DNA of 63,157 nt, counting the filler, from Octopus bimaculoides (Eukaryota): NCBI RefSeq assembly GCF_001194135.2. It is 9 parts of 9 records of this genome, joined end to end, with 100 filler letters (N's around TTAATTAATTAA, not from the genome) between each part and the next. Parts side by side here need not be neighbours in the genome. Positions count along the whole stretch, not along the records: positions 48,273 to 50,682 come from NC_068981.1; positions 50,783 to 55,352 come from NC_068982.1; positions 55,453 to 60,650 come from NC_068983.1; positions 60,751 to 63,157 come from NC_069008.1; 5 more parts are not named here. The stretch is one strand, 5' to 3'. Positions within the stretch are counted from its first letter, which is position 1, and the number at the start of each line of letters is the position of its first letter. Under the pieces are notes generated by a model. The model did not search any database. It saw only the letters and a program-made list of their open reading frames with translations, and was not told where the DNA came from. The translations under genes were made by a program, and so were the position numbers. Below, one piece after another: positions 48,936-63,157 of this stretch.

Positions 48936-50331
48936 TCGGGTGCAGAAGAAAGAAAGAAAGAAAGAAAGAGGTTTGTGCAGATATAAACCTACTCCAACAA
49001 AGTATATATATATAAAGTATAAATGAACACGTATGTTTGTATTCGTGCGGCTATGTGTGTATGTGCGTGCAATGCATTTAAACATTTAGATACTTATTTA
49101 TATTAAAAGTGGATAACTATTCATCAGTAACTCAGGGTTCTTTTTGAACAAGTGTATTTCTCGTTCGTTTGCTCTTTTCTCTTTCCAACTCTAGAGATGT
49201 CAATGTAGACGTTTACCTTAAATACATATGACAAAAGTGCTTAGGTTGATAGAAATGTCAGCAAAATATTTATTGCGTTTATGTTGAGAGCAAATCGAGT
49301 GCTTATGTTTGGTTTTGTTTTCGTTTTTATCATCAATCTTTATCTCCATAAGCCTTTATTATTATTCTTCAGCTAATATTAAAGGAATGAGCGGTAAAAT
49401 AAATGAATGGAAAAAAAGACACTATTCAGAAACATAGACAGATGCCGACATGAAAGTAGCCTTTTGACATTTGAGTCATTAAAGTGTTTTATCGAGTTTC
49501 ATCGTGGAAAATAAGTTCATCTAACCTTGAACTGCAATTTGTGGATTGTAAGCTTCTTATAAAAAGACAGCTTCAGATTCTTGATATAGCTATGTTATAA
49601 AGAGGAAACTGGTATGAGCAAATGATATCTCCATTATATGTAACAGAACTGTGAAAGGTTAGCGTAGCGGTCACTCATGAGTTAGTATAACTTGGTAACT
49701 TGCATCCCGCTTCTGCTAGTTGTTTCGGTACCGATGTAGATTACGAGCAGACATTGGTACCGTGTTGGTCTTCCACCTTTGGCGCATCAGAACATTGAGT
49801 ATACAATTGGAGGGAGAGAGAGCTGCACCAAAAGTCGGTTGGTACTTATATTCAGCTAAGTAAAGTGACATGAAATGTTGTGTCTTGTTTAAGGACAAAA
49901 CATGCTACCTGGTCCAGAGATCAAAACCATGACCATATGATCCTATGTCCAAAACCATAATCACCAAGCAACAAGCCTTCATAACAGGACTATACCATTA
50001 CATAAAATCAAAATAAGATTGAACATAGAAGGAAAATCATGGATGCAAAGTATCAGGAAATACACCTGACTTCCATGGATGAATGTTTGACAGAGTACAC
50101 GTATTCAACTCAACTTCAAGATCATGCACTCAGAGTCATCGTCGTTGACGGAGCAAATACTACCTAAAACGCTAGCAGAAAAATTATACATCAAAAGAGA
50201 CTTTACTAGCAGTATTCTATAAAATGCGCACAGGTGATAGTCATACTACTTCTGCAGTATGAAGAAGTCCGGTATGTATGGACTTAAATTTTGTAAGAGG
50301 GAGCTAGTCGATTATATCGACCTCAGTGCTC

Positions 50332-50682
50332 AAGGCTTTCGACAGTGTTCCCCACACGTGGATTCTGGAAACACTAGCCATAAACAAGGTGGCACCAATT
50401 ATCATAAAATACATAAGACACTCAATGAACAAATGGCAGACAGTGCTACAGCTCCAAACAAAAGAGGGACTTGTGAAAACGAAAGCCATCCCCATTAGAA
50501 GAGGAATATTCCAGGGAGACACGCTCTCTCCACTCCTGTTCTGCCTGGCACTCACACCTTTAACAGAATTGCTAAATAGAACTGGATGCGGTTACAAATG
50601 CTATGGAAAAACAGTCAGCCACCTTCTATATATGGATGACCTAAAATTATATGCAAAAAACGACAAAGAGCTAGAAACACTA
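50332..50682 (+). mobile_element. R4/Dong RT core fragment (uninterrupted, cut by a gap)
   Basis: KAFDSVPHTWILETL..IRRGIFQGDTLSPLLFCLALTPL..LLNRTGCGY..VSHLLYMDDLKLYAKN. Confidence 0.93.
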
Positions 50683-50762
50683 NNNNNNNNNNNNNNNNNN
50701 NNNNNNNNNNNNNNNNNNNNNNNNNNTTAATTAATTAANNNNNNNNNNNNNNNNNNNNNNNN

Positions 50763-50975
50763 NNNNNNNNNNNNNNNNNNNNGTATTTGTCCGTCTGTAC
50801 TATGTGATGACCGGTGTTGATATGTTTACGTCCTTGTAATTCATCAATTCGGCAAAAGAGGACGTTAGAGTAACTAGAGTTAGAAAAAAAAACTACTCGG
50901 ATCGATTTGTTCGATTAAACCCTTCTAGGCGTGCTCCGGCATGGTCGCAGTCCAGTGACTGAAACAAGTAAAAAG
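50763..50975 (+). mobile_element. Family B SINE 3' part
   Basis: Degenerate tail ending tgactgaaacaagtaaaa. Confidence 0.7.
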
Positions 50976-51492
50976 TATGAGATAAAAAATTTGTATTTAC
51001 ATAAATTGGAAAGGTGAGTTATATTTAAGGTGAGTTCACTCAAATGATATAGAGTTATTTCTCTACCCTATTGTTTACAAAAAATGCGTTGCATCAAGTT
51101 TGTGTTGTTGAGATATCTGTATAATGTATGAGCAAATAACGGCATATATGTGGGCAAATCGAAATTAATTCGATTTTCTTGTTCAAAATTTTACCATCCA
51201 GTTTTAATAGGAAAGTTCCTGAAGAAGGCATAGATTACAGAGTGAGTCTGATTCTATATACTGGGTTAATTAGTACCATTTAATATTGAAAGTAAAATTT
51301 TTATTTTTCATATAACTCTCGTCAGTAGCGACGTCATTGTCGAATTGTTTCTGTTAACTTGTTGAAGGTTTGACTATGGTAGTAATATCTATGTTTCAAT
51401 GTATTAGTAGTTTCGAACTAAAAGCAGCTCTAATAATTTAAACATTATCAGTTTACATCATCACTCTGAGGTGATAAAAGTGACTAATTATA

Positions 51493-51583
51493 GTGGTACT
51501 TTCTGTGCCACGAAAAGAACGTCTTGAAGAAACCAATGAGAAGAAGCGTGCAAAGTACTAGGAGCAGGTGAAGAAGTGCCGTC
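51493..51583 (+). mobile_element. Short HERO-like endonuclease fragment
   Basis: VVLSVPRKERLEETNEKKRAKY*EQVKKCR resembles the HERO pattern ELTVPWE.R.EEA.ERK.AKY..LV..CR. Confidence 0.5.
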
Positions 51584-51809
51584 TGGGTCACTTTGTGACC
51601 ATCGGTCGTATGACTCATAATACGTCACAGTTCATCTTGATGTGACTTGCACTCTCTCAGACATACGCGCGCGCGCGCACTCACAAATTTGTTCATATAC
51701 ACATACACACGTTCCGTTCACACACGTTTGTATATAGACATACACATGCTCTCACACATTTATATACACACGCTCACACATTTTATACATACATACATGC
51801 ATACATACA

Positions 51810-51840
<31 letters not shown>

Positions 51841-52802
51841 GCACGTACATACACATTCAAACATACGTATATGTTTAAAAATATAAAACAAGACACGAGA
51901 TGGAAATAGAGATTAGAATGGAGGGGAGAAGGAACAAAAATGATGTGGAGAAGTGTGATAAAGGGAGAGACAAGCAGAGAGAGAGAGAGAGTGAGAGAGA
52001 GAGTGAGTGAGAGAGAGAGAGAAAGGTAGACAGAGGGAGAGAGAAAGAGAGAAATAGGAAATTGTGTGTGTGTGTGTGGGGGGGTCCCTGTGTGTGTCTG
52101 TGTGTGTAAAGAATTAAATATTTAATATGCCTGCGTGCGTTTGAGTTAGTTGTATGCACTTGTATTTGTGAGTTAGTCGGTGTGTCGTTAGGCGGTTGGG
52201 AAGATATTTTTGTATTTATATATTTTATTTTTCTATTTCGCTGTTGCCATTGTTTTGCTTTTAGTTTTTAGTTCCGTGTTACTTTTAATCTGTTCTATGA
52301 ATCTGACTTGGCTTTTTTCAATTGTTTTATTAGTCCTATCTCTGATAAAGAATCATCAAAATTTTTGCTTGACGCCGTCGGCAAATGTACTCAGTGAATG
52401 CGATAAGTAACAAACACAAATAAATCTATACATTGAATAAACGATTGAGTTAATTGAATGAATTGAATTTACTGTATGAATGAATGAATGAATGAATAAA
52501 TAAATAAATAAGCTACGAAGTGAAAATGAAAAAAAAATTTAAAATTACAAAAAACAAACTATGAATTTTCTGATTGTGTGTTGGTGTTGGTCGAAGGGAA
52601 TGGAAAATATTGCACGTAGTCACTGTGAATGACGGACATTCAGACAGATAGACGTACAGACTGCTGCATGGGTAGAACATCAAGTCGTCGAACAGACGGT
52701 ATTGTATGGTGTTATCATTGTTGCTATTGTTGTTGTTGTTGTCGTCGTCGACTTCTCTCCTCAACCCATTTCTTTAACTGTATTTGTAATGAAACTTCTC
52801 AC

Positions 52803-52928
<126 letters not shown>

Positions 52929-53276
52929 TAATGTTATTTTAATGTGTTTTTATAGGGAAACAATACATATCTAATACATTTAATAAAGAAAAAAGAAATA
53001 ATATTCTTTCAGTTGTTTCTGTCATTGGCTTACGACCATGCTGGGGCACCGCTTTCAATAATGGTTTTTACTCGATCACACGGAACCCATAATTTCTTTC
53101 AGTCTGGTACGTATGTGTTTGGTTTATCGATTGCAGTTTTTACGAAGCGCTATGTTAAGTGCGTAAATGAACACATGAGTGGACAACATCAGTTATTTAG
53201 ATTGGTGTAAACATAAACGCCCACTGCACAGATATGTGCTCATATATATATATATGGGTGGTTATATCTATATATA

Positions 53277-53802
53277 CAGTAATATATCACTTTACGAAGA
53301 CTCGCTTTACGAGACACCGGGTTTATGAGTTTTATTTTTCACCTCAGTTTTGTATAGTGAAGTGCAGAAGTTTCTACTACCATAACAAATGCTTCTGCTT
53401 GTTACCGAGAAATTTATAGAGCTAAAAAAAGCTTCTTCTAAGCAAACAGCTCAAGACTTGTTTTTATAAAGAAATCTACAAGTCCGTCTACGAGTGCTTG
53501 TGAATCGGTGATCGCATCTACAAGTGATGGCGTGTGCCAGTCTAGTGCGAGTGAAAGTGATTCAGAAAACGATTATAATAATATTTTTTTTATTATAAAT
53601 AATCTTGACATTTTTTATACTTTACATAAAATATTCTTTGCATTACTTACGAGTGTCTTAAGTTTTATAGGTAAATATTTTTCTGGGAACGAATTACGAT
53701 TTATAACATTGCTACTATGGGAAATGTTTGTTCTGCTTTACGTGTTTTCACTTTACGAGCGATCTCCGGGAATAAATCAACTCGTATATCGAGTCATTAC
53801 TC
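53277..53802 (+). mobile_element. Tigger-type internally deleted DNA transposon
   Basis: TA-flanked imperfect TIRs cagtaatatatcactttacga / tcgtatatcgagtcattactc; retains a Tigger-like C-terminal peptide ACYREIY..KK..KQT..DLF. Confidence 0.65.
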
Positions 53803-53820
53803 TAGATGTTTATGTATATT

Positions 53821-54157
53821 CTTTTATTCTTTTACTTGTTTCAGTCATTTTGACTGCGGCCATGCTGGAGCACCGCCTTTTGTCGAACAAATCGAACCCA
53901 GGACTTATTCTTTGGAAGCCTAGTACTTATTCTATCTATTTTGACGTAAACACACCAGCATCGGTTGTCAAGCGATGGTGGGAAGACAAACGCACACACA
54001 CACACACACATACATATACGACGGGCTTCTTTCAGTTTCCGTCTACCAAATCTACTTACAAGGCTTTGGCGGCCCGAGGCTATAATAGAAGTGGGACTGA
54101 ACCCAGAACCATGTGCTTGGGAAGCAAGCTTCTTACCACACAGCCACTCCTATGTCT
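53821..54157 (-). mobile_element. Family B SINE
   Basis: Reverse complement from tail to head, with internal deletions. Confidence 0.88.
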
Positions 54158-54559
54158 ATACACACACACACACACACACACACACGCGCGCGCGCACACA
54201 NNNNNNNNNNNNNNNNNNNNNNNNNNNNNNNNNNNNNNNNNNNNNNNNNNNNNNNNNNNNNNNNNNNNNNNNNNNNNNNNNNNNNNNNNNNNNNNNNNNN
54301 NNNNNNNNNNNNNNNNNNNNNNNNNNNNNNNNNNNNNNNNNNNNNNNNNNNNNNNNNNNNNNNNNNNNNNNNNNNNNNNNNNNNNNNNNNNNNNNNNNNN
54401 NNNNNNNNNNNNNNNNNNNNNNNNNNNNNNNNNNNNNNNNNNNNNNNNNNNNNNNNNNNNNNNNNNNNNNNNNNNNNNNNNNNNNNNNNNNNNNNNNNNN
54501 NNNNNNNNNNNNNNNNNNNNNNNNNNNNNNNNNNNNNNNNNNNNNNNNNNNNNNNNNNT

Positions 54560-54572
54560 GGTGGGGGGGGGA

Positions 54573-54616
<44 letters not shown>

Positions 54617-54787
54617 CATATATACGACGGGCTTCTTTCAGTTTCCGTCTACCAAATCCACTCACAAGTCTTTGGTCGGCCCGAGGCTATAGTAGAAAAC
54701 ACTTGCCCAACGTGCAACGCAGTGGGACTGAACCCGGAACCATGTGGTTGGTAAGCAAGCTACTTACCACACAACCACTCCTGCGCC
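54560..54787 (-). mobile_element. Family B SINE 5' half
   Basis: Reverse complement of the head and CORE. Confidence 0.9.
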
Positions 54788-55656
54788 TATGTTAATGATA
54801 TGAAATCCCGACCGAAGCTTTTTTAAGGTATTTCGTTCCGAGTTACAGACAATTACTTTAAACGTCATAAATCTAAATGAGCAAATACTTATATCGTTAT
54901 AAAACTGGAAAGCAGCGACGCTATTGTTCACTGTTACCGACGTATATAGTAAACAGGTCTATACACTAATGAAGTGCAAAATTTTGTACATGTGAATAAA
55001 TTTGCATATATTTATTTGATTTTGATTTGTTTTTTTCTTTTGATTTTTTCTTTGTTTTTATATAAATTTGTAATTACTTCCATGCAAAGAGGTATACAAA
55101 TTTCCACAGGCTAATATGCATACATGTGCATGCATACACATAAATGATGTATACACACAAGTACACATACACACACACACACACACAAACACTTATACAT
55201 ATACACACACGCGCGCGTAAACACACATACGCATACACACAAACATACTATTAATTATTTTCTATACTTTAATTCGTTTTAAATTTGTATTTATTCATTG
55301 AAGTGATAAATATACTCATATGCATATACATATATATACATACATATATATANNNNNNNNNNNNNNNNNNNNNNNNNNNNNNNNNNNNNNNNNNNNTTAA
55401 TTAATTAANNNNNNNNNNNNNNNNNNNNNNNNNNNNNNNNNNNNNNNNNNNNATAGACAAAGTTGTTATCAGTTCAAATATGCTTGAGATATATTCGAAA
55501 GCAAAGGAAATTCACTCTTTTGGCATAGAGAAAATTCCTCATAATAGATGAATAGATGTAAATTTTGATACGGTCAACTGATGTCTTCAAAGGGCGTTAA
55601 TTCTCCCAGCGTTCATAACCATTTTTCCTCTTTATGTTTCTCTATTTCCAGTCCGT

Positions 55657-56030
55657 GGAGGCGCAATAGCCCAGTGGTTAGGGCAGCGGACTTGCGGTAA
55701 TAGGATCGCGGTTTCGATTGCCAGACCCGGGCGTTGTTAGTGTTTGTTGAACGAAATCACGAGGCTCCGGCGGGGGTTGGTGGTGAACCCTCCTGTACCC
55801 TTCCACCACAACTTTCTCTCACTCTTACTTCCTGTTTCTGTTGTGCCTGTAATTGAAAGGCTCAGCCTAGTCACACTGTGTCACGCTGAATATCCCCGAG
55901 AACTACGTTAAGGGTACACGTGTCTGTGGAGTGCTCAGCCACTTGCACGTTAATTTCACGAGCAGGCTGTTCCACTGATCGGATCAACTGGATCTCTCGA
56001 CGTCGTAAGCAATGGAATGTCAACAACAAC
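55657..56030 (+). mobile_element. tRNA-derived SINE (third family), near full length with (CAA)n tail
   Basis: tRNA-like head ggaggcgcaatagcccagtggttagggcagcggac...ggtttcgattgcc, followed by a ~300-bp unique body and a caacaacaac tail. Confidence 0.85.
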
Positions 56031-56232
56031 ATTTCCAGTCCTCCAAAACCTATACTTATCTTTTCACTGAACATATATATATATATGTATTCATTTTATT
56101 TTGTACTATGCCATTAGTCAGAAACCTCTGATTAGAAAAAAAGATGTTTCGTACAGCTTAAAATTCGTGGTTTCCATGTACATTCATTATCACGGAAATT
56201 TACTAAATAATAATTATAATTATTGGTAATAA

Positions 56233-56731
56233 TGCAGTACCAAGCATTACCACACACGGCATCTGATCTTAACTGCTTGGAATTTTTATCATATACATAT
56301 TTTATCTTGGTCTAACAGATTGGCTACAACAAATACTCTGTTCAATACTGCAGATTTGCTTTTCCGAGCAGGTTGAACACGTCAATTAGCGGCTGACGAA
56401 ATGTGCATCTCTGATCACGAGCAGAAGTAGTGGGAGAGCATCATACAGCCATGTATTGAGAGAGATTATTTGGTGTTTGAATAAATCACCTCGGGAAACA
56501 TGGATGTTTTGCTCATCATCATTAAGCAAGCTATATTGAGGGAGTATCTTCTTAAAGAAAATTCTAACTGGGCCCCACCTACAAGGCTATGTGCTGTTTA
56601 TCTTGATATGAGATCACCATCTTGCACATATATGGTTGTGATACACGTGCGTGGTGTACTCTTGTCAGATGAGAAGGCTTCGTATATTTGTACACCAGTG
56701 TCATTTTCGTGGCATGCACTGCTCTCACTCA
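56233..56731. mobile_element. Third near-full copy of the ~550-bp TG...CA family (opposite orientation, more diverged)
   Basis: Reverse-collinear with 11248-11804; ends ctctcactca followed by aat/act repeats. Confidence 0.8.
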
Positions 56732-56747
56732 ATAATGATGATTGCAA

Positions 56748-57033
<286 letters not shown>

Positions 57034-57058
57034 AACAATAATAATAGTAATAATAACG

Positions 57059-57154
<96 letters not shown>

Positions 57155-57349
57155 ACAATAATAAAATGTTGATAAGAAGAATAATTTATTAACTACAAAC
57201 TGTTTACATTAAAAATTATTGCGGACAGCACAGTACAAATAGAAAGATGGGTTGCCTGAAAATCTTAGAAAGAAAGAAAAACAATAATTACAACAAAATT
57301 ATCCAAAAGTGAGATATTTCTTAAGATTGCTTGTGGCAATCCCACAAAT

Positions 57350-57853
57350 CCACATGTTAAGCACCCTCTCCACTTTGTCTACAGGCGCCTACTTACATTA
57401 GGCCCATTCACTCGGGGCATTCTCGTGACATTCAGCTACACTTTAACAAAGTTGGCAGAGGATGGGTAGAGCATCCCACTCCACTGTCACTTTCCTTTTC
57501 AAGTGAAACTTATAAAAGTTTATGAGAGCTTGGCCAAAAAGGGAAGTGTCAGTCTACAGCCCTTTCAGTTTGATCCATCACACATGTTCTTTCGCTAAGG
57601 CTGTCAAGCAAAGAAAAACAGCTTGTTCTTCTCGGCCTATGGAAAGCAGCGGAACTTCACAATGGACTCAGCCGATAGCCGGATCCTTTTCACACTCGAC
57701 AGAAGGTGTTCGACATAAACCCACAGGTCGGAAATACTCGGGCACTGGATGAGAGTGTGCAGAACAGTTTCGTCGCTTTGCCCACATTTCGAGTAAACCA
57801 GCATGACTGCACTTCCGTGAGAGTAAAGTTTATCCGAAACAGGTAGTGCCCCG
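57350..57853 (-). mobile_element. L1/Tx1-like LINE 3' fragment (zf-RVT/CCHC region)
   Basis: GALPVSDKLYSHG..KCGQSDETVLHTLIQCP...DLW; AKEHV*W..LKG..FYKFHLKRKV. Confidence 0.75.
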
Positions 57854-60750
57854 AATAATAATATATCTATATCTACAGTATATTTTTATGTATATATGTA
57901 TGTAGGTATGAATGTATGTATGTATGTATGTATGTATGTATTATGCATGTATGAGTATATGTGCTTGTGAATATGTTTGTGTGTGTGTTTGTGTGTGTAT
58001 GTGTGTGTGTGTGCGCGCGTGAGTGTGTGTGCTTGTGTGCAATGAATAAATCTGTTTCATTCTTTTAAAGAATATGTCTTATCTCTTGTATTATTTGAAC
58101 TGTCAGCAAATCTATTTTCTTTTTCTCATTGTATTTTCCCATACGTTACATTCGTTATTTTTATGATTGATTGTTTTCTGAATATTAAACGAACCTATCA
58201 ATTTTAAGCTGTTTCTTGAGATAACTGTTGAATGAGGTGTTGATGTAATGTATTGCCTATATTAATACCACTACCTAGTCGTGCATGCATTTATCGGAGT
58301 CTAATCTTCTAGACTGGCCACGTTAGCGCTTGAAGACCCTGAAAAACTTAATTAATTTCCCTCCCTCTTATAATTGAGCTATTGATATAAATAATACAGT
58401 TTATTCTATTATTTTCTCCGTAAAACATTTTCATGCTTTTCCACTAAATATAGAACTTTTCTAAGTTTCTGAAATTTATGTACAGAAATATAAAACTATA
58501 TTATTTTTAAAGATACCATATGCTTGAAGAGTTTTACTTTCAGAAAGTTTACAGTATGTTGTATACCAGCATATCTTATGAATATACAGCAGTTTACGTA
58601 TATAGAAAGTCACCATAAATTATTTTACATTTGTTCCGTTTAGAATCACTTTGAATTCAAAGTGATTTTAAAATTACCTCTTAAACTTAAAATGTACAAG
58701 CTATTATTTAGTGGGGATGATTGTTTTATTAGTTGTTAATCAGTGACTTCTAATCCTTTAATTAGTTGCATAGTTTTGGTTTATTACAAGTTCGGTATTA
58801 TTCATGAGCCGAACTTGATAAGTTCCAATCTTTTCAATTGCATACATGATTTATTTTTCTGTTTTTCGACCTCAGATGAATGTAGATAGTAACGATATTT
58901 ACTTTTCTTCAGTAAACACTCCATAGATAATTACGAAATGCGACAACACATTTACATCTGAAAATATTAAATTACCAGCTTAGGCTCAATTAAAAGTGCT
59001 ACTTTAACATAAATTTGCTTGCACTATTAACTCCGACTTTCTGTAAGAGGAAGATCTGCATTTAATATGAGACTTCAATACTTCAGACAGAAGCGTCTGT
59101 ACAGGATATTTGAAACTGCCTGGAGCATACAAGTTCAATATTCGGAAGTTTTCCAGATTTTCAGTTTAACAATCAAGAATGCATGAATCATCTTATGGAA
59201 AAAATCGATATGTGAATTTGATGTAAAGAAAGTATCAATGGATATCATAAGTTCATATCCTATGAAGTAGGTTTACAATGATCGGTGTCCATTCCACTGT
59301 AGTCACCGAGTGTTGATTAAGTTAATTATGTGATTTATCAGTACGCGAACTTACAATCATCTTATATAAAAATGATATTTGCAAGTCAATAACATCGACA
59401 CCTCGCTTAACTGGGACAAACTTGCAGTAATGAAAATTTCTAATTCCATTGTTTCTCATCAAAACGTTTTAGATTTCAATATATTCTTGATATAATTTAT
59501 CAATGTCATTTGATCAAAATTAATGGAGGCTTCATTTGATAATCACAAACGCTATACTGTTCTCGAAACAATACTTCAAATTAATTTGAGGAACAGAATG
59601 CGAAATGAAGTAGTAAATTGAATATAACTAAAATGAAAATACTTTTGAATCCAAAAAATGAATTGTTTTTATATGAAATGTAAACAGTAATATCCAAACA
59701 CATTTGATCTTCGCTTTACTGAAAATCTATCTTTTTTTTTTGTTTGGAACGTAATAATGTATATTTATTATTAGTGCAGCGTAGTATATTTATCAATTTC
59801 CGGATACATAAAAGAAAAAGAAAATTTCAGGATCATCTGTCAAAAAGCTTATAAACAACTACTGGCATAGAAACAATATTTACTCATAGCTCTTTTAATT
59901 GTTTGAGTTTTGTAATATTTTTAGCTTGGTTTTAATTAAATGACGTTATAAATATTTCGGATTTATTTTCATTTCTTTCACTTGACATTTAACTTTATTA
60001 AAGTCAAATAACACTGCGTATAAACAGTTCAATACAAGGATGTTTAGTCAAAACCTCGTATTGCATATTCTTAGAACCTGATATTTATTCGCCATAATGT
60101 TGTTGTGTACGTATGATGCGATATTGTGAAGACGCATAGCTTCGGAGGGTCTGTTTTAGTATTTTGAAATACGGAAACATTGGGAGATGTTGGGTCACTA
60201 TAAGCGCCTATGGGGAGGGGAAACTGCATTAGTAATAAAACCTAAGAAATAGTCATTGATTGTTTGCTTGTCTGCACCTTCTGTTTGCACATTGTAATCG
60301 AATTATGATTTCCCTTCTGCTGCATTGATATAACTCAACAAAGTTTAATTACGTATGAGGAGCAATTTCGGGGACATTTGTGGTCCATATGACAACTTCA
60401 ATCTCATATTTATGAAGTAGATATGGGTATGTAACCATATGATAGCGACCGTAATATGCAGAGAGTATATGCTGTACATTGTGATATTGTTACTTTAATG
60501 AATGTATATTCTGACACATTCTGGCTATATATATTTACATAGGAAAGTGATGGGCTTTAAAAAAGAAAAACAAAGGAATTTGTTACTAAAATATTTACAA
60601 ATTGAAGGTATTAGTATATTTCCTATATATATATATATATATATATATATNNNNNNNNNNNNNNNNNNNNNNNNNNNNNNNNNNNNNNNNNNNNTTAATT
60701 AATTAANNNNNNNNNNNNNNNNNNNNNNNNNNNNNNNNNNNNNNNNNNNN

Positions 60751-60786
<36 letters not shown>

Positions 60787-60825
60787 CATACATACATATA
60801 TATATATATACATACATACATACAT

Positions 60826-60877
<52 letters not shown>

Positions 60878-61305
60878 ATGTATGTATAGAAAGATACATA
60901 CATACATACATATATGTACAAATATGTAAATATATATATATATATATATATGTATAAATGAATATATATGTACACCACTTCAAACACTATACACACACAT
61001 GCACACATATATGCGTGTGTGTGTGTCTGAGCGTGTGTAACTATAAACATACATACATACATACACATACAAACACACATGTACATAAAATATATAATTT
61101 CTTATCTATCTATCAACATCATTACCATCAAGTGGACATCTAATGATGATAATGATGATAATGATGATGGTGATGATCGCGATGTATGGAGATAAACAGC
61201 CAGATAAGGAAACAGAGTGTGTGTATTTTATATAATTGTATATGTATATCTATCTATCTATCTATTTATCCCTCCATCTATCTATCTGTCTCTCTCTATA
61301 TATGT

Positions 61306-61359
<54 letters not shown>

Positions 61360-61423
61360 AAACAGACAGATTGATTGATAGATATAGATATAGGTATGTA
61401 TATGTATACCTGTACGTACATAC

Positions 61424-61462
<39 letters not shown>

Positions 61463-61798
61463 CAAACACACATGGAGGTGTACCAATATGAACACAGCTC
61501 ACAGAGTTAAACAGGTAAAAAAAGTATATGTGCATATATGTATATATATATATAGTTATATGTATGTATGCATATATGTATATATATGTGTGTGTGTGTG
61601 TGTGTATGTACTATGTATGTATGTATATATGTGTAAATATATATATATTTATGAAGATAGACGATTCAGTGAATACTGTATATAGACTTACATAAACATA
61701 TATACATTTATAAACATATATACATACATGAACGTATATACATATATATACATATACACACACACATATATATACGTATGTATGAATATGTACATATG

Positions 61799-61851
<53 letters not shown>

Positions 61852-62644
61852 ATGTACTATGTATGTATGTATATATGTGTNNNNNNNNNNNNNNNNNNNN
61901 NNNNNNNNNNNNNNNNNNNNNNNNNNNNNNNNNNNNNNNNNNNNNNNNNNNNNNNNNNNNNNNNNNNNNNNNNNNNNNNNNNNNNNNNNNNNNNNNNNNN
62001 NNNNNNNNNNNNNNNNNNNNNNNNNNNNNNNNNNNNNNNNNNNNNNNNNNNNNNNNNNNNNNNNNNNNNNNNNNNNNNNNNNNNNNNNNNNNNNNNNNNN
62101 NNNNNNNNNNNNNNNNNNNNNNNNNNNNNNNNNNNNNNNNNNNNNNNNNNNNNNNNNNNNNNNNNNNNNNNNNNNNNNNNNNNNNNNNNNNNNNNNNNNN
62201 NNNNNNNNNNNNNNNNNNNNNNNNNNNNNNNNNNNNNNNNNNNNNNNNNNNNNNNNNNNNNNNNNNNNNNNNNNNNNNNNNNNNNNNNNNNNNNNNNNNN
62301 NNNNNNNNNNNNNNNNNNNNNNNNNNNNNNNNNNNNNNNNNNNNNNNNNNNNNNNNNNNNNNNNNNNNNNNNNNNNNNNNNNNNNNNNNNNNNNNNNNNN
62401 NNNNNNNNNNNNNNNNNNNNNNNNNNNNNNNNNNNNNNNNNNNNNNNNNNNNNNNNNNNNNNNNNNNNNNNNNNNNNNNNNNNNNNNNNNNNNNNNNNNN
62501 NNNNNNNNNNNNNNNNNNNNNNNNNNNNNNNNNNNNNNNNNNNNNNNNNNNNNNNNNNNNNNNNNNNNNNNNNNNNNNNNNNNNNNNNNNNNNNNNNNNN
62601 NNNNNNNNNNNNNNNNNNNNNNNNNNNNNNNNNNNNNNNNNNNN

Positions 62645-62693
<49 letters not shown>

Positions 62694-63157
62694 CATATGT
62701 GTGTTCACACAATGAGTACGTCTTCCCTTCCCCTCCTGGGCCCCTCTGACGCATATTCAATTATATAGCCCAAAATCCCAAACCCCTCTCTCAACCATTC
62801 AACACCTCTTGTACAGAGAGAAACCTTCCTCCCTCTCTTATCTGCCAGCTTCATCTGGCGAATGATGCTTGTGTTTCTGTGGTCATTCTAGTGCATGCGA
62901 TTTGATTGGCTAGTGCTGTTGATGATGCGGAAAGCTGGCCAGCCAATCGGCTGCCTCGACTCTGTCCTTGCTCTTACGCATTCGCATCCATTGTGATTCA
63001 ACGCCTGCGTTCATCCAGATCGCAGATGTATTGTAATGCATTGTTCGGCTGCACACGTGCCGGGAGGAAGTATGGAGGAAACACTGAGGGTAGGCTGTAG
63101 GTGTTGTTATTGAAGGTTGTCAACGAGGAAGCTCGTTTGTTATGAAATGATATTAAA

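Noticed and set aside
55657-55730. tRNA-like sequence
   Set aside because: It continues into a ~300-bp SINE body and tail, and the cloverleaf is imperfect. It is a SINE head, not a tRNA gene; the same applies to the other A/B-box heads.
58850-59300. Possible hAT transposase C-terminal remnant on the minus strand
   Set aside because: Faint similarity (PNIEL..., DASV) across multiple frameshifts; not supportable by eye.
61575-61880. Duplicated ~55-bp microsatellite-rich block
   Set aside because: Low complexity and adjacent to a gap; likely slippage or an assembly overlap.

Overview
Eukaryotic, AT-rich, gap-riddled scaffold segment made almost entirely of microsatellites and transposable-element debris. 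The SINE families and microsatellite density look like an Octopus (coleoid cephalopod) genome; this is an inference. I can support no intact host protein-coding exon, rRNA, true tRNA gene or CRISPR array. Nearly all ORFs in the supplied track are microsatellite or N-gap translations. Recognisable content: (1) several tRNA-derived SINE families, including tandem, dimeric, chimeric and inverted copies; (2) non-LTR fragments from R4/Dong, HERO-like, CR1-group, RTE-like and Tx1-like clades; (3) at least two kinds of Penelope-like element (PLE); (4) DNA-transposon remnants and MITEs (mariner, pogo/Tigger, hAT-Charlie, piggyBac-like, Helitron-like). The most interesting layer is non-coding. At least four minimal type I hammerhead-ribozyme folds are present, plus degenerate or half copies. 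One sits inside a 150-bp unit with terminal redundancy, as expected of a retrozyme, and two carry an unusual U at core position 6. There is also an unclassified ~550-bp TG...CA element that repeatedly sits in (AAT)n microsatellites. Coordinates of degenerate repeats are approximate (within tens of bp).
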